In this document: positions 40,880-51,121 of the stretch, in pieces
Layout: each line of letters opens with the position of its first letter
Numbering within the stretch: position 1 is the stretch's first letter
Assembly (NCBI GenBank): GCA_965197475.1
Contig: CBDANF010000003.1
Coordinates: 2,016,001-2,080,000 of the forward strand
DNA from: Candidatus Poribacteria bacterium
Lineage (GTDB): Bacteria; Poribacteria; WGA-4E; WGA-3G
Length of the DNA: 64,000 bases
Reading direction: 5' to 3'
Notes under the pieces: generated by a model
Told to the model about the DNA's origin: nothing
What the model saw: the letters and a program-made list of their open reading frames with translations, nothing else
Databases searched by the model: none
Program-made: the position numbers and the translations under genes

Positions 40880-42632
40880 TGCGTAATGTCTGACGCAATT
40901 TTTCTAATGGATACGTATTGATGACATCATCCTTCGTTAACCCACTCCGTCGCGCAACATTCACACCAAATTGACGGTGTTCAAATTGCGGAATTGAGTG
41001 TGCATCTGTGTTAATAGAGATGAGAACACCTGCATCTTTTGCCTTACACACATACTCAGGCCCCAAATCCAATCGACTCGGTGAACCATTTATTTCTAAT
41101 ATAGTATCGTTTTCCGCTGCAGCATCAATAATCTCATCAAGATTAATTGGGTACATCGGTCTCCTACCAAGTAGTCGTCCTGTTGGATGTCCGATAATAT
41201 TGACATACGGATTTTCAATTGCACAAATCATACGTTTTGTCATTTCTGTCTCAGATAACGTGAAATGGCTGTGAATACTTGCTATAACGATATCAAGTTG
41301 AGCAAGTATCTCGTCAGGAAAATCGAGTGTACCGTCTTTTCGAATATCCACTTCAGAGCCTGCTAAAATTGTGATGCCTTCCGTTGCAGCATCCAGTTCT
41401 CGAACGTGCTTCATCTGTGACAACAATCGTGCTTGGTCCAAACCGTTTGCCACAGAAGAAGAAACAGAATGATCGGTGATAGCAAAGTATTCGAGACTAA
41501 GTTTGATGGCAGTCGCAACCATCTCATCCATGGTATTTCTACCATCGCTCCATTCGGTGTGGGAATGTAAATCGCCTCGCATGTCGTTGAATTCAAGAAG
41601 AGTCGGTAGCTTATCTTCTAATGCTAACGCTACTGAGTCGGGTTTCTGACGAAGTTCTGGCGGGATATAGGACATACCCAGTTTTTCATATATTTCTGTT
41701 TCCATGCTATTTTGTGTCTCTTGCCAAAAGTCCATTGCATGGCTCGGATCATTAATATTAATGGGTTTATCAGTGGGAAGTGCTGCGAGATGTTCATCCG
41801 CTGCTGTCGTTAGAAACAGTGTTGCTTCATACTCAGCAGCTGTTGACAGATAGATGACTACAGGAAAATCGTTGTCAATGAGGAGGTGAATTGTTCGTAA
41901 AGATTGTAGTAGAAGTGCTTTGGTAGGTTGATCTTGGGCATTTCTGACTTGCGTCGTAATTCTAAACTGGTGTTCGGAAAGAAGTTCAATGAGCACTTTT
42001 TCTGTTGTGTCTATGTCTCTGGCACATTCAGCAACAACTTCAAGGCTACGACAAACCTCCTCCCGTCTCCGTAAATCACCAGTAAATTCATGCTTTGTTA
42101 TAGAAGCACAGTTCTTGAAAATTTCAGAGAGTTTTTCGGCAAGGGCAAAGGACATAGAAATCAGTCGTATCCCTTGGTTATCGGTTAGGAATTGAAGACT
42201 TTCTGAGATGGTTTCAAGTGTCTTTTTTCCTAATCCTTTCATCTCCTTGAGTCTTCCATCTTCAAGTGCCTCAGCAAGTTGATTAAGATTTTTAATACCG
42301 AGTTCGCTATAGAGTCGATTTGCTGTTTTGCCCCCAACCCCTTGTATGTCCAAAAGTTCCAGAACTTCCAACCCCATCTCCGCTATTAGTTTTTGATAGG
42401 CTTGACAGGTGCCGGTCTCAAGCATTTCTTTCGTCTTTTCCTCAATTGTCTTACCAATTCCGGGGATGCTTTGGAACTTTCCGGTCTCAATTAATTCGTT
42501 TACGTCAACTGTCAAATCCGCAATAACTCTGGCAGCTTTTTCGTAAGATCGTATTCGGAATGAAGCATCTCCTCGGATTTGTAAAAATTCTCCGATGTTT
42601 CTGAAAATATTGCTAATTTCTATATTTTTCAT
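40866..42632 (-). CDS. polX: PolX-PHP fusion with degenerate polymerase active site
   Basis: FRIRSYEKAA, HhH motifs, YIPPELR; PHP motifs DLHSHTEWSDG, ITDHS, GHPTGR, NTDAH. Confidence 0.9.
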   Translation of the reverse strand: MKNIEISNIFRNIGEFLQIRGDASFRIRSYEKAARVIADLTVDVNELIETGKFQSIPGIGKTIEEKTKEMLETGTCQAYQKLIAEMGLEVLELLDIQGVGGKTANRLYSELGIKNLNQLAEALEDGRLKEMKGLGKKTLETISESLQFLTDNQGIRLISMSFALAEKLSEIFKNCASITKHEFTGDLRRREEVCRSLEVVAECARDIDTTEKVLIELLSEHQFRITTQVRNAQDQPTKALLLQSLRTIHLLIDNDFPVVIYLSTAAEYEATLFLTTAADEHLAALPTDKPININDPSHAMDFWQETQNSMETEIYEKLGMSYIPPELRQKPDSVALALEDKLPTLLEFNDMRGDLHSHTEWSDGRNTMDEMVATAIKLSLEYFAITDHSVSSSVANGLDQARLLSQMKHVRELDAATEGITILAGSEVDIRKDGTLDFPDEILAQLDIVIASIHSHFTLSETEMTKRMICAIENPYVNIIGHPTGRLLGRRPMYPINLDEIIDAAAENDTILEINGSPSRLDLGPEYVCKAKDAGVLISINTDAHSIPQFEHRQFGVNVARRSGLTKDDVINTYPLEKLRQTLRNDTR

Positions 42633-42720
42633 GATAAAGTAATGCCTATGATTACAGAGTAGATTCAGTGCGATTTTATAGAAAAATCTGAAAATTTATG
42701 GACATTTCGTCCTTTCTTCA

Positions 42721-43590
42721 TTATAGACTTTTCCTATAAGATTTAACATACTTTCTTTGGGCGAATATACCAGCGAACAAACCGATTATTACGCCGGCTA
42801 CCAGAATACTGATGAGTTGATAATACGGAAGGAACTCAAGCACCCCAAGTTGGAAAGTAAACAGACAGTAGAGTAAATAGAAACAGGCTATTCCCAAGAG
42901 AGTGCCGAAGAAACCGAGGTAAATGCCATGGGTTAGGAAAGGAATTCTAAGATAGCCCCGTGTTGCACCGATAAGGTTTAAGAGTTGAATTTCTTCATGA
43001 CGAGTTTGGGCAGTTTTTAGGACAGCAGCACGAATAATAAGTAGTATGAGTAGGCTTGTTATAGCGATACTGGCGATTGTCATCCGATTTGTCTGACGAA
43101 ACAGGTCCATGATTATTCCATACCCTGTCAAAACGACATCGTCAATTTCGGCATTGGATTCGATATCAAAAGATATCTCTTCCAGTGTTTTGCGTGACAC
43201 ATCTGCTGGGTTAACATATATCTCAAAGGATGCAGGATACGGATTGCTGTCTGAAAATCCTTTCTTGATAAATCCATCGAGAGGTCCAAACTGTTTTTCT
43301 GCGCGATTATGGTATTCTTCCTTAGAGATATAATCAATATAAAGGATACGGTCTTTCTTCTGAATCTGGTCTGCAAAAACACGGGCATCATCTTCAGCAA
43401 TTGTATCGTTCAGAAAAGCGATTAGTTGTGGCACTGTTTCCTTAAGATCAAGTTCTTTATAGATGGAAGTGTGATTAAACAGAAATGCATTCAGTAAGAG
43501 CGTGAAAAAAGCAAGCGCGATGAGACTTAAGAGATCGTTTAAGCCGGTGCGACCAATATGGGTAAAGACATTTTGAATTTGATACCGCAT
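42721..43590 (-). CDS. ftsX: Cell division permease FtsX
   Basis: TM, periplasmic loop (YISKEE, NPYPAS), three TMs with RHEEIQLLNLIGATRGYLRIPF; follows ftsE. Confidence 0.85.
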   Translation of the reverse strand: MRYQIQNVFTHIGRTGLNDLLSLIALAFFTLLLNAFLFNHTSIYKELDLKETVPQLIAFLNDTIAEDDARVFADQIQKKDRILYIDYISKEEYHNRAEKQFGPLDGFIKKGFSDSNPYPASFEIYVNPADVSRKTLEEISFDIESNAEIDDVVLTGYGIIMDLFRQTNRMTIASIAITSLLILLIIRAAVLKTAQTRHEEIQLLNLIGATRGYLRIPFLTHGIYLGFFGTLLGIACFYLLYCLFTFQLGVLEFLPYYQLISILVAGVIIGLFAGIFAQRKYVKSYRKSL

Positions 43591-43621
43591 TTTTTAATTA
43601 GAACTTACCTTATAAGCACAC

Positions 43622-43746
43622 TGTAGCGTAAACTGTCAGTCTGCACAGATACGACAAAAACTAACAGTTTGTATGACAGCGCACTGAGATAGGCATAGTT
43701 GGGAACCGAGTCTACCAAGTTGTTCACATATTTTGGATTTACTATA
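43622..43746. repeat. Degenerate REP/MITE-like element (family 3) between ftsE and ftsX
   Basis: TGTAGCGTAAACTGTCAGT...ACTAACAGTTTG and AGTTGGGAACCGAGTCTACC resemble the two hairpins of 54510-54668; ends in GATTTACTATA. Confidence 0.5.
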
Positions 43747-43781
43747 AACTATTTTATTGATAGGTATTCAGGCAGAAAACG

Positions 43782-44453
43782 TTAGGTCGTAACGAAACCG
43801 TCCTTGAGTTTGAAAACCCGTTTTGGCGTAGTCTTTTTGGTGCGTACATATCTTTCCGGGAGTTCAGGATCAGCAGTTGCAACTAAAACTGTGGTGCCTT
43901 GAAAATTGAGCGCGTCAAAAAGGGAAAGCATTTCAATTGCAAGTTTTGGGTCTAATGTTTCTGTAGGTTGATCTGCAAGAATTAGCAATGGACTATTGAT
44001 AATCGCTCTGGCTATTGCAAGCCGTTGTTTTTCGTTGTTTGATATTTGTGTGGGCAGTGCTTGTTTATGATGTACCAACCCTATCTGGTGCAGAAGATTA
44101 TTTACGTTTTCACGCAGTATCCTAAGTTTCGTTCCAATTAACTTCTGCGGAATCGCGAGGTTTTGCTCAACTGTTTTGGTATTGAGTAATTTCCAGTCTT
44201 GGAAAACTATGCCGATTTTTCTTCTAAAATAGGGCAACGTTGAAGGCGTGAGATCATCAAGAGGTTGTCCGAGCACACTTAAGGAACCCGCAGAAGGTGT
44301 TAATTCACGGTACAAGAGTTTTAGCAGGGTTGTTTTACCCGCGCCACTCTCCCCAACGAGGAATCCGAATTCGCCGCGTTCAAGCCGAAAACTTGCTCGT
44401 TCCAGCACGCTGAGGTCACGATAACTGAAACTGACTTGATGAAGCTGAATCAT
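43782..44453 (-). CDS. ftsE: FtsE-like ABC protein with degenerate hydrolysis motifs
   Basis: GESGAGKTT, LPYFRRKIGIVFQD, RLAIARAIINSP; adjacent to ftsX. Start taken at MIQL. Confidence 0.88.
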   Translation of the reverse strand: MIQLHQVSFSYRDLSVLERASFRLERGEFGFLVGESGAGKTTLLKLLYRELTPSAGSLSVLGQPLDDLTPSTLPYFRRKIGIVFQDWKLLNTKTVEQNLAIPQKLIGTKLRILRENVNNLLHQIGLVHHKQALPTQISNNEKQRLAIARAIINSPLLILADQPTETLDPKLAIEMLSLFDALNFQGTTVLVATADPELPERYVRTKKTTPKRVFKLKDGFVTT

Positions 44454-44523
44454 AAATTGCTCACATCCCATACCGTAGCAAATTGTTTATTACTCAGAGA
44501 TACATTATAAGTACACATCAGGA

Positions 44524-46800
44524 CTACTCAGGTGTTTTGGTATAGTCACAGGTTTTTGAAGCGCAGACGTGCAAAGTATCATCTGATTTTTGCACTTTCT
44601 CCACGAGGTAGGGCGCATCACATTGTGGACACGGTTCCGCGATCGGTTTATTCCAACTTGCAAATCCACAAGTTGGATAGTTACTACAACCGTAAAATAT
44701 TTTTCCGCGTTTACTACGGCGTTCACCTAAGTAGCCGTCACAACCAGTCTCTGGACAATCAACGCCCATCGGAACAGGTTTGGCATTTTTACACTTCGGA
44801 TAACCGCTGCATGCCAAAAACCGTGCCCCCGCACGACTTTGCTTAATAACCATCGGTTCGCCACATTTTTCGCAAAGCGTATCAGTTTCTTCAGGTTCAG
44901 CGGATGCGGTTTCATCTCCGTTCAAAGCCTTGATATTTTGGCATTCTGGATAGTTGGCACATCCGAGAAACCGTCCATATCTACCCCATTTCACAATCAT
45001 ATTTCCACCACACTTTTCGCATTGCACGTCCGATTCCGTTTCCATCGCTTTTCGCGCTTCATACATCTTATCGGGTGCCTCTTTCAGTGCTTCTTGGAAC
45101 GATGGATAAAATTCGCCAAGTGTGTCAATCCAATCCACTTCTCCTTCCGCGATAGTATCAAGTTTCTGCTCCATCTCTTTCGTAAATTCGACATTAACAA
45201 TATCGGGAAATCCGTGGATTAAGAGTTCGTTGACGAGTCTACCTACATCTGTGGGAAGGAGTCTACGTTGTTCCATTGTAACATAACCACGATCTTGAAT
45301 CGTTGAGAGAATTGTTGCATAGGTACTCGGTCTACCAATCTCTTTCGCCTCTAATGCCTTGACAAGTGTAGCTTCATTATAGCGGGGTGGCGGTTGCGTA
45401 AAGTGTTGTTTCGGATCCAACTTGCGTAGATCAAGGGTTTCACCCTCTTTAACCTCTGGCAGTGTTGTATTTTCTTCGTTGGTGTTGTTTTCATCGGTTG
45501 CGACATCGTCTTGACCCTCCATATAGATACGTCTGAATCCATCGAACTTGATAACAGAACCAGTGGCACGGAAGATATATTTTCCAGCTTTGATGTCAAT
45601 TGTTGTAGCATCAAGAATAGCAGGCTTCATTTGACTCGCGATAAACCGCTTCCAAATCAGTTCATAGAGACGATACTGTTCACTACTCAAATGAGGTTTC
45701 AAGGATGCGGGGGTTCGTAGTGGTAATGTCGGTCGAATCGCTTCATGTGCGTCTTGCGCGCCTCTTTTACTCGGATAATGAACAGCCCGGCCAGGAAGGT
45801 ACTCGGCACCGTACGTTGTGCTGATGTATTTCCGAACTGCGCTGAGAGCATCCTGTGCTACACGGACTGAATCGGTACGCATGTAAGTGATAAGACCAAC
45901 CAACCCTTCTTTTCCAATCTCTAAGCCTTCATAGAGTTTTTGTGCAATCCCCATCGTTCTTGCTGCTGTAAACCGAAGTTTTCGAGATGCTTCCTGTTGT
46001 AAAGTACTCGTGATAAACGGGGCAACAGGTTTCGGTTTTCGTTCCCGTTTTTGAACTTTCTCAACAACATAAGTCTGTTCTTTTGCATCTGCAGATAATT
46101 CCTTCGAGCGTGCTTCATCAATACGGAATCCGTAATTATTAATTTCACCTTTTTTGGTGCCTATTTTATGCAATTTAGCGGGAAAGAGGCTTTCCTTTTC
46201 CATCGGTGTTAGCGTTGCGGTGAGTGTCCAATATTCTTCAGGATTAAATGCCTCAATTTCTGCCTCCCGTTCACAAATAAGCCGTACAGCAACAGATTGC
46301 ACTCTACCCGCACTCAATCCGGGTTTAACACTGCGCCACAAAATCGGACTAATCTGATATCCGACAAGTCTGTCTAAAACGCGCCGCGCCTGTTGTGCAT
46401 CAACAAGTGCTTGGTCAATTGTTCCGGGGTTTTGAATCGCTTCTAAAATTGCACTTTGCGTGACCTCATTGTATACAATACGATAGATAGGTTTTTTCGA
46501 TTTCTTTAATTCCTCCGCGAGATGCCAACAGATTGCTTCGCCTTCCCTATCGGGGTCTGCAGCGAGATAGATACAATCAACCTTTTTTGCCTTTTCTCGA
46601 ATCGCTTTAACGACCGGTCCTTTTCCACGAATCAACACATATTTAGGCGTGAAATTGTTCTCAACATCAACCCCAAGTTCCTTGCTCGGTAGGTCGCGGA
46701 TATGTCCAACAGAGGAGTCGACAACATAGTCTTTCCCCAAGATTTTTTTGATAGTTTTCGCTTTCGCTGGTGATTCAACAACAACTAATGATTTCGGCAT
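44524..46800 (-). CDS. topA: DNA topoisomerase I
   Basis: VVESPAKAKTI, DPDREGE, SAGRVQS, ITYMRTDS, C-terminal zinc ribbons. Confidence 0.97.
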   Translation of the reverse strand: MPKSLVVVESPAKAKTIKKILGKDYVVDSSVGHIRDLPSKELGVDVENNFTPKYVLIRGKGPVVKAIREKAKKVDCIYLAADPDREGEAICWHLAEELKKSKKPIYRIVYNEVTQSAILEAIQNPGTIDQALVDAQQARRVLDRLVGYQISPILWRSVKPGLSAGRVQSVAVRLICEREAEIEAFNPEEYWTLTATLTPMEKESLFPAKLHKIGTKKGEINNYGFRIDEARSKELSADAKEQTYVVEKVQKRERKPKPVAPFITSTLQQEASRKLRFTAARTMGIAQKLYEGLEIGKEGLVGLITYMRTDSVRVAQDALSAVRKYISTTYGAEYLPGRAVHYPSKRGAQDAHEAIRPTLPLRTPASLKPHLSSEQYRLYELIWKRFIASQMKPAILDATTIDIKAGKYIFRATGSVIKFDGFRRIYMEGQDDVATDENNTNEENTTLPEVKEGETLDLRKLDPKQHFTQPPPRYNEATLVKALEAKEIGRPSTYATILSTIQDRGYVTMEQRRLLPTDVGRLVNELLIHGFPDIVNVEFTKEMEQKLDTIAEGEVDWIDTLGEFYPSFQEALKEAPDKMYEARKAMETESDVQCEKCGGNMIVKWGRYGRFLGCANYPECQNIKALNGDETASAEPEETDTLCEKCGEPMVIKQSRAGARFLACSGYPKCKNAKPVPMGVDCPETGCDGYLGERRSKRGKIFYGCSNYPTCGFASWNKPIAEPCPQCDAPYLVEKVQKSDDTLHVCASKTCDYTKTPE

Positions 46801-47034
46801 TTTCTTTTCTGAGTGTTCCTTATATTATGAATGCGTTTTGGATGTAAGAGTGAGTAGGCGGTCATATATTACATAATGCTATTAACATTTGACTATTCTG
46901 CAAAGGTCTATACACACAATGACTGCTTTTATTTAAAACGTCTAAAATCCGATAAAGTGACAGAAAAAGGAGAGATTCGCCAATTCATGCCAGTTTTGCA
47001 TTGTATAGGCAGTAATAAGGGGCGCGAGGTTGTA

Positions 47035-47808
47035 TTAGTAGACGAATGAAATTAGGTCGGTCAGTAACTGCCGCATGCCTGAGCGGTGAACAATATGGTC
47101 AATGAACCCATGCGCAACCAAGGATTCTGCTTTTTGGAAATTTTCAGGCAGCTCTTCTTGTAAACTCGCAACAGCAAGCGGACCAGCAAAGCCGATACGC
47201 GCACCGGGTTCAGCAATAATCACATCACCAAGAGATGTATAACTCGCTGTAGCACCGCCAAACGTTGGATCAGTGACGACAGAGATATAGAACCCACCAT
47301 TTTTAGTGTATTCAGCACAAGCGGCGGCGGTTTTTGCCATCTGCATTAACGCTAAGGTGCCTTCCTGCATCCGCATCCCCCCGCTCACAGAAACGATAAC
47401 GAGAGGCAATTGATTTTGACCGGCATATTCGATACGTCGGGTAACCTTTTCACCGATTACAGCACCACAAGTGCCACCGATAAACCCGACATCTCCAATT
47501 GCGATTGCTACCGGATAGCCGCCGATTTTGGCTGTTCCGGAGAGCATCTCTGAGCGGAGTCCTGTTCTTGCGATGTCGCGTTCAAGTTTTTCTGGATACT
47601 CAGGAAACTCTAAAGCATCAATTGAATAGAGATTTGTATCTGCTTCTTCAAAACTCTCAGCATCCACAAGCAGGTTGAGTCGCTCATGAGCACTCATTGG
47701 TTGATGTGCATCGCAAGCAGGGCAAACTTTGAGGTTTTTCGTTAATGCTTCTATTTTGATGTCCGCGTTGCAATTTCTGCAGACAACGGTTTTTGGAGGA
47801 TGGTCCAT
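47035..47808 (-). CDS. accD: Acetyl-CoA carboxylase carboxyltransferase beta subunit
   Basis: CxxC...CxxC zinc finger, SGGMRMQEG, LMQMAKT, DPTFGG, AEPGARIGFAGP. Confidence 0.9.
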   Translation of the reverse strand: MDHPPKTVVCRNCNADIKIEALTKNLKVCPACDAHQPMSAHERLNLLVDAESFEEADTNLYSIDALEFPEYPEKLERDIARTGLRSEMLSGTAKIGGYPVAIAIGDVGFIGGTCGAVIGEKVTRRIEYAGQNQLPLVIVSVSGGMRMQEGTLALMQMAKTAAACAEYTKNGGFYISVVTDPTFGGATASYTSLGDVIIAEPGARIGFAGPLAVASLQEELPENFQKAESLVAHGFIDHIVHRSGMRQLLTDLISFVY

Positions 47809-47849
47809 TTTATATCTCTACGAACTTATCTCGTGACTTATACCCTTTA

Positions 47850-47878
47850 ATGATACTATCTACGACAGGGTTTGTCAA
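47850..47878 (-). promoter_or_regulatory. Sigma-70-type promoter for accD
   Basis: Minus strand TTGACA-N17-TATCAT. Confidence 0.55.
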
Positions 47879-47972
47879 CTTTAATGTCCGCTTGTTCTAC
47901 TTCTTGTAATAAGTTCTATAGAATATAGATAAGAAAATGACTCCTAAACTTGTTGTCCCTATCTTTAACGTG

Positions 47973-48066
47973 TAATACCAAATTAACCGGATTTATCTTA
48001 TTTTTCTGGGTATTGGGCGCGCTTACAAAGCGCGCCTACCGAGTGAGATCAAGTTAATTTGGTATA
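47973..48066. mobile_element. MITE-like element with GTAG REP hairpin (family 2)
   Basis: Perfect 13-bp TIR ATACCAAATTAAC (47975-47987) / GTTAATTTGGTAT (48053-48065); central GGCGCGCTTACAAAGCGCGCCTAC. Supplies the stop codon of the adjacent LamG gene. Confidence 0.75.
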
Positions 48067-48868
48067 AATCCTGAATGTTTGATGTGTGCCCACCTTGTGG
48101 CAAGTTTGCCTTCAGAATGTTTGATGTGTGCCCACCTTGTGGCAAGTTTGCCTTCAGGTTGAACCGGGATAAACCCAAAACCGTTGCCTAATGCGTTAAT
48201 CTCATCTTCGTCTAAAGCACGGGAAAATATAGCGGCATCATCAATCGCGCCACCATAACCCTCTCCACCTTCACCGCCAAGACGATAAGTTTCATTTGCG
48301 CCACGGGTTTCTTGGAAATCTGTCTCGGCTACATTTTCACCGTTGGCATAAATTTTGAATTTCTTACCATCGCTTAAGACGGCTACATGTAACCACTCAT
48401 CCATTTCAACTACCCCTGCTCCGGTTTCACATAGTACCGTCCATCCAGCGACCTGTCCACGCCAAGACAATTTACCATCGTTTTTATTCACGAACAAGGA
48501 TTATGTCCAGCATCACCAGATAAACTCCGCCAAATTTGTTGCCATTCACCGCCTTCAAAGGTTGGATTAATCCAGACAGAAATTGTATATGGGTCCGTTT
48601 TGAAAAGATCACCATGCAGCGTATCGGATACCAGCATCTCAACGTGTGCACCTACATCAAGGTGAATTGCATCTCCAAATTTACCTTTATCCCATTTAGA
48701 ACCACCTTTAATCTCGCCATTGTTTTCATTTCCAGAAGAATCTTCTGAGTTACCGTCAAACGAATAGTATGCCACCAAAGTTGCATCTTCAGCGGTAATA
48801 CCTAAATTCACCCACACCAAGAGAAACGTAAATGACATAACAAATATCAATACTTTCATCGTAATCAC
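48054..48868 (-). pseudogene. Secreted LamG-like protein, frameshifted near 48500 (possibly a sequencing error)
   Basis: Signal peptide, LVAYYSFDG and TISVWINP in ORF 48488-48868; WLHVAV, GAIDDAAIFSRAL and the C-terminal tail in ORF 48054-48497. Confidence 0.8.
48073..48156. repeat. Perfect 42-bp tandem duplication encoding EGKLATRWAHIKHS twice
   Basis: gaatgtttgatgtgtgcccaccttgtggcaagtttgccttca occurs twice in tandem. Confidence 0.95.
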
Positions 48869-48960
48869 TCCTTATAAAAATAATTTTCTACGTTATACTA
48901 ATAGTTTTGTTCAATTATGATCTGTTAGGGATTGGTTCAAGTTTTCACTACCGATGAACA

Positions 48961-48989
48961 ATACTAACATACCTGACAAAAAATGTCAA
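48961..48989 (-). promoter_or_regulatory. Sigma-70-type promoter for the LamG gene
   Basis: Minus strand TTGACA-N17-TAGTAT. Confidence 0.5.
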
Positions 48990-49052
48990 ATTTGGGAGGA
49001 TGTAGAGGTCACATGAAGCTATGAGAAATTTGAGATGAAAACAAGATCGAAA

Positions 49053-51079
49053 CTATCTCTGCTCTAAAATAAGATTCGCATACACATCAACGACAGCGAA
49101 AAAATTTGGTGGGATTACAGTCGTCGCACTGAATTCTGTGACAATAGCAGGACCTTCTATCCGATTACCGGGGTGTAACGACTCGCGACGATAGAAATCG
49201 GTTGGATAAACTTCACCATCAAAGATGACACGGTTTTGCTCGATCTGTGCATCGGAAGGGTCAGCATCTGTCCGCGGTTCGGGGTTAAGTGCCGGTTTTT
49301 CGGTTTCACCGATGGCAGTGAGGCGCAGGTTGACTAGCTCCAGTATTGCCTCAGGACGCGCATAACTAAATCGCTGTTCGTGCATGGCATGAAATTGACT
49401 CACAAAATCCGTGTGCACGTCTATATAAGGAATATTCAATTCATAAGATTGTCCCTCGTATCGCATATCAAGTGAACGTTTGATTTTGAGTTGCGATAGA
49501 TCAAATCCTTCCGATTTCATATCGCTTTCCGCTCGGGTTAGCAGCGAGTCATAACCGTTCTCTAATTGTTTGTGTAAATTCGTCACCTTGTCTTCAGTTT
49601 TCCATAGCACCGTCTGTGAGTAATCCTTGACAACATCTGCATAGAGCATGCCGTAAGCAGAGAGCAAGCCGCCGTTCGGTGGAATAAGTACAGTACGTAT
49701 GCCGAGGTTCTCAGCGAGAAATGCGGCGTGTAACCCACCAGCCCCGCCAAACGATACAAGCGTAAAATCGCGTGTATCAAATCCACGTTCCACCGAGATA
49801 ACTTTGATAGCACGTTCCATTGCTGCGTTGGCAATCTTCAAAATGCCATCTGCGGCTTCAAGTGCCGAAAGTCTGATGCGGTCAGAGAACTTTTCAATAT
49901 ATTGACGTGTTGTATCATAAGCAAGAGACATCTGACCTCCTAAAAACAGCGTAGGTGAAATACGTCCCAAAAAAAGATTGGCATCGGTTACCGTAATCTC
50001 TTTTCCGTTGTTACCGTAACATATAGGACCTGGGTCAGCCCCAGCACTTTCAGGACCGACACGTAACGCACCCCCCGAATCTATTGTTGCAATAGAACCG
50101 CCGCCAGCACCGACAGTATGAATATCAATCAACGGCACTTTGATCGGCAAACCGCTGATTGTGCTTTCGGTCGTCATTGAGATACCGTCATCACACAAAC
50201 TAACATCCGTGGAAGTTCCACCCATATCAAAAGTAATAATCTTTTCATATCCTGCTGTTTTAGCAACGTGGTAAGCACCGATAACACCACCTGCAGGTCC
50301 GGAAAGAACTGTTTGAATACCTGCGGATTCAAAATTCTTTGTAGAAATGCAACCTCCGTTTGAGAGCATCAATCGGAACGATTTTGGAAAACTATTTGAT
50401 TCTGCAAGTGTTGAGAGATGCTTTTCCAAGGTAGGACGGATGTAGGCGTTTGCGACGGTGGTACTGAACCGCGCGTACTCTCGGTATTCGGGCAGAATTT
50501 GGTGCGAACATGAAATCGGTATATTGAGTGTTTCGAGACGATCTGCGACAATCTGTTCATTTTCGGGTTTACGTAAGAGAAGAGGAAACAAATTGCGATT
50601 GCATCTAAATCTAACGTTGCGAGATGTGCTGCGAGTGTCTCAAGGTCGGCGAGAGAAATTTCAGTTTGAATCTCACCTGTGTGCAATGTTCGTTCTTCGA
50701 TACCGAATCGGTGTTCTGCAGGCACAAGAGGTGCTGGTCGTTGAACAAACAGATCGTATATATTTGGACGCGTCTGCCTTCCGATTTCCAAAACGTCTTC
50801 AAAACCTTTTGTGGTGACAAGTGCAATACGCGCACCCCTGCGTTCAAGTAGCGCATTTGTGGCAACGGTGGAACCGTGAACAATATCCACGCCATCATAA
50901 GAATTGACGTTCTGCTGACTCAATATTTCACTGACACCTTTTATAACAGCGTGAGCAGGATTGCGTGGCGTAGAAAGCACTTTGTGTGTCCAAAGAGAAT
51001 CTTCCACAGACATAACGATGTCGGTGAAAGTGCCGCCGGTGTCAACACCGATTTTTCTTATAACTTTTTGTTTATGCAT
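49053..51079 (-). pseudogene. Hydantoinase A/5-oxoprolinase family protein, frameshifted near 50560 (likely homopolymer error)
   Basis: GVDTGGTFTD and HGSTVATNALLER in the first ORF; LSGPAGG, DMGGTSTD and GAGGGSIA in the second. One extra A in the AAAA run restores NPKNEQI. Confidence 0.85.
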
Positions 51080-51121
51080 CTGTTGGTTTGTAGTAGAGTG
51101 AAAAGTTGTATGCCGAAATTA

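Noticed and set aside
46978-46994. Possible sigma-54 promoter upstream of topA (TGGCATGAATTGGC on the minus strand)
   Set aside because: GG-to-GC spacing is one base short and TTGC is absent.
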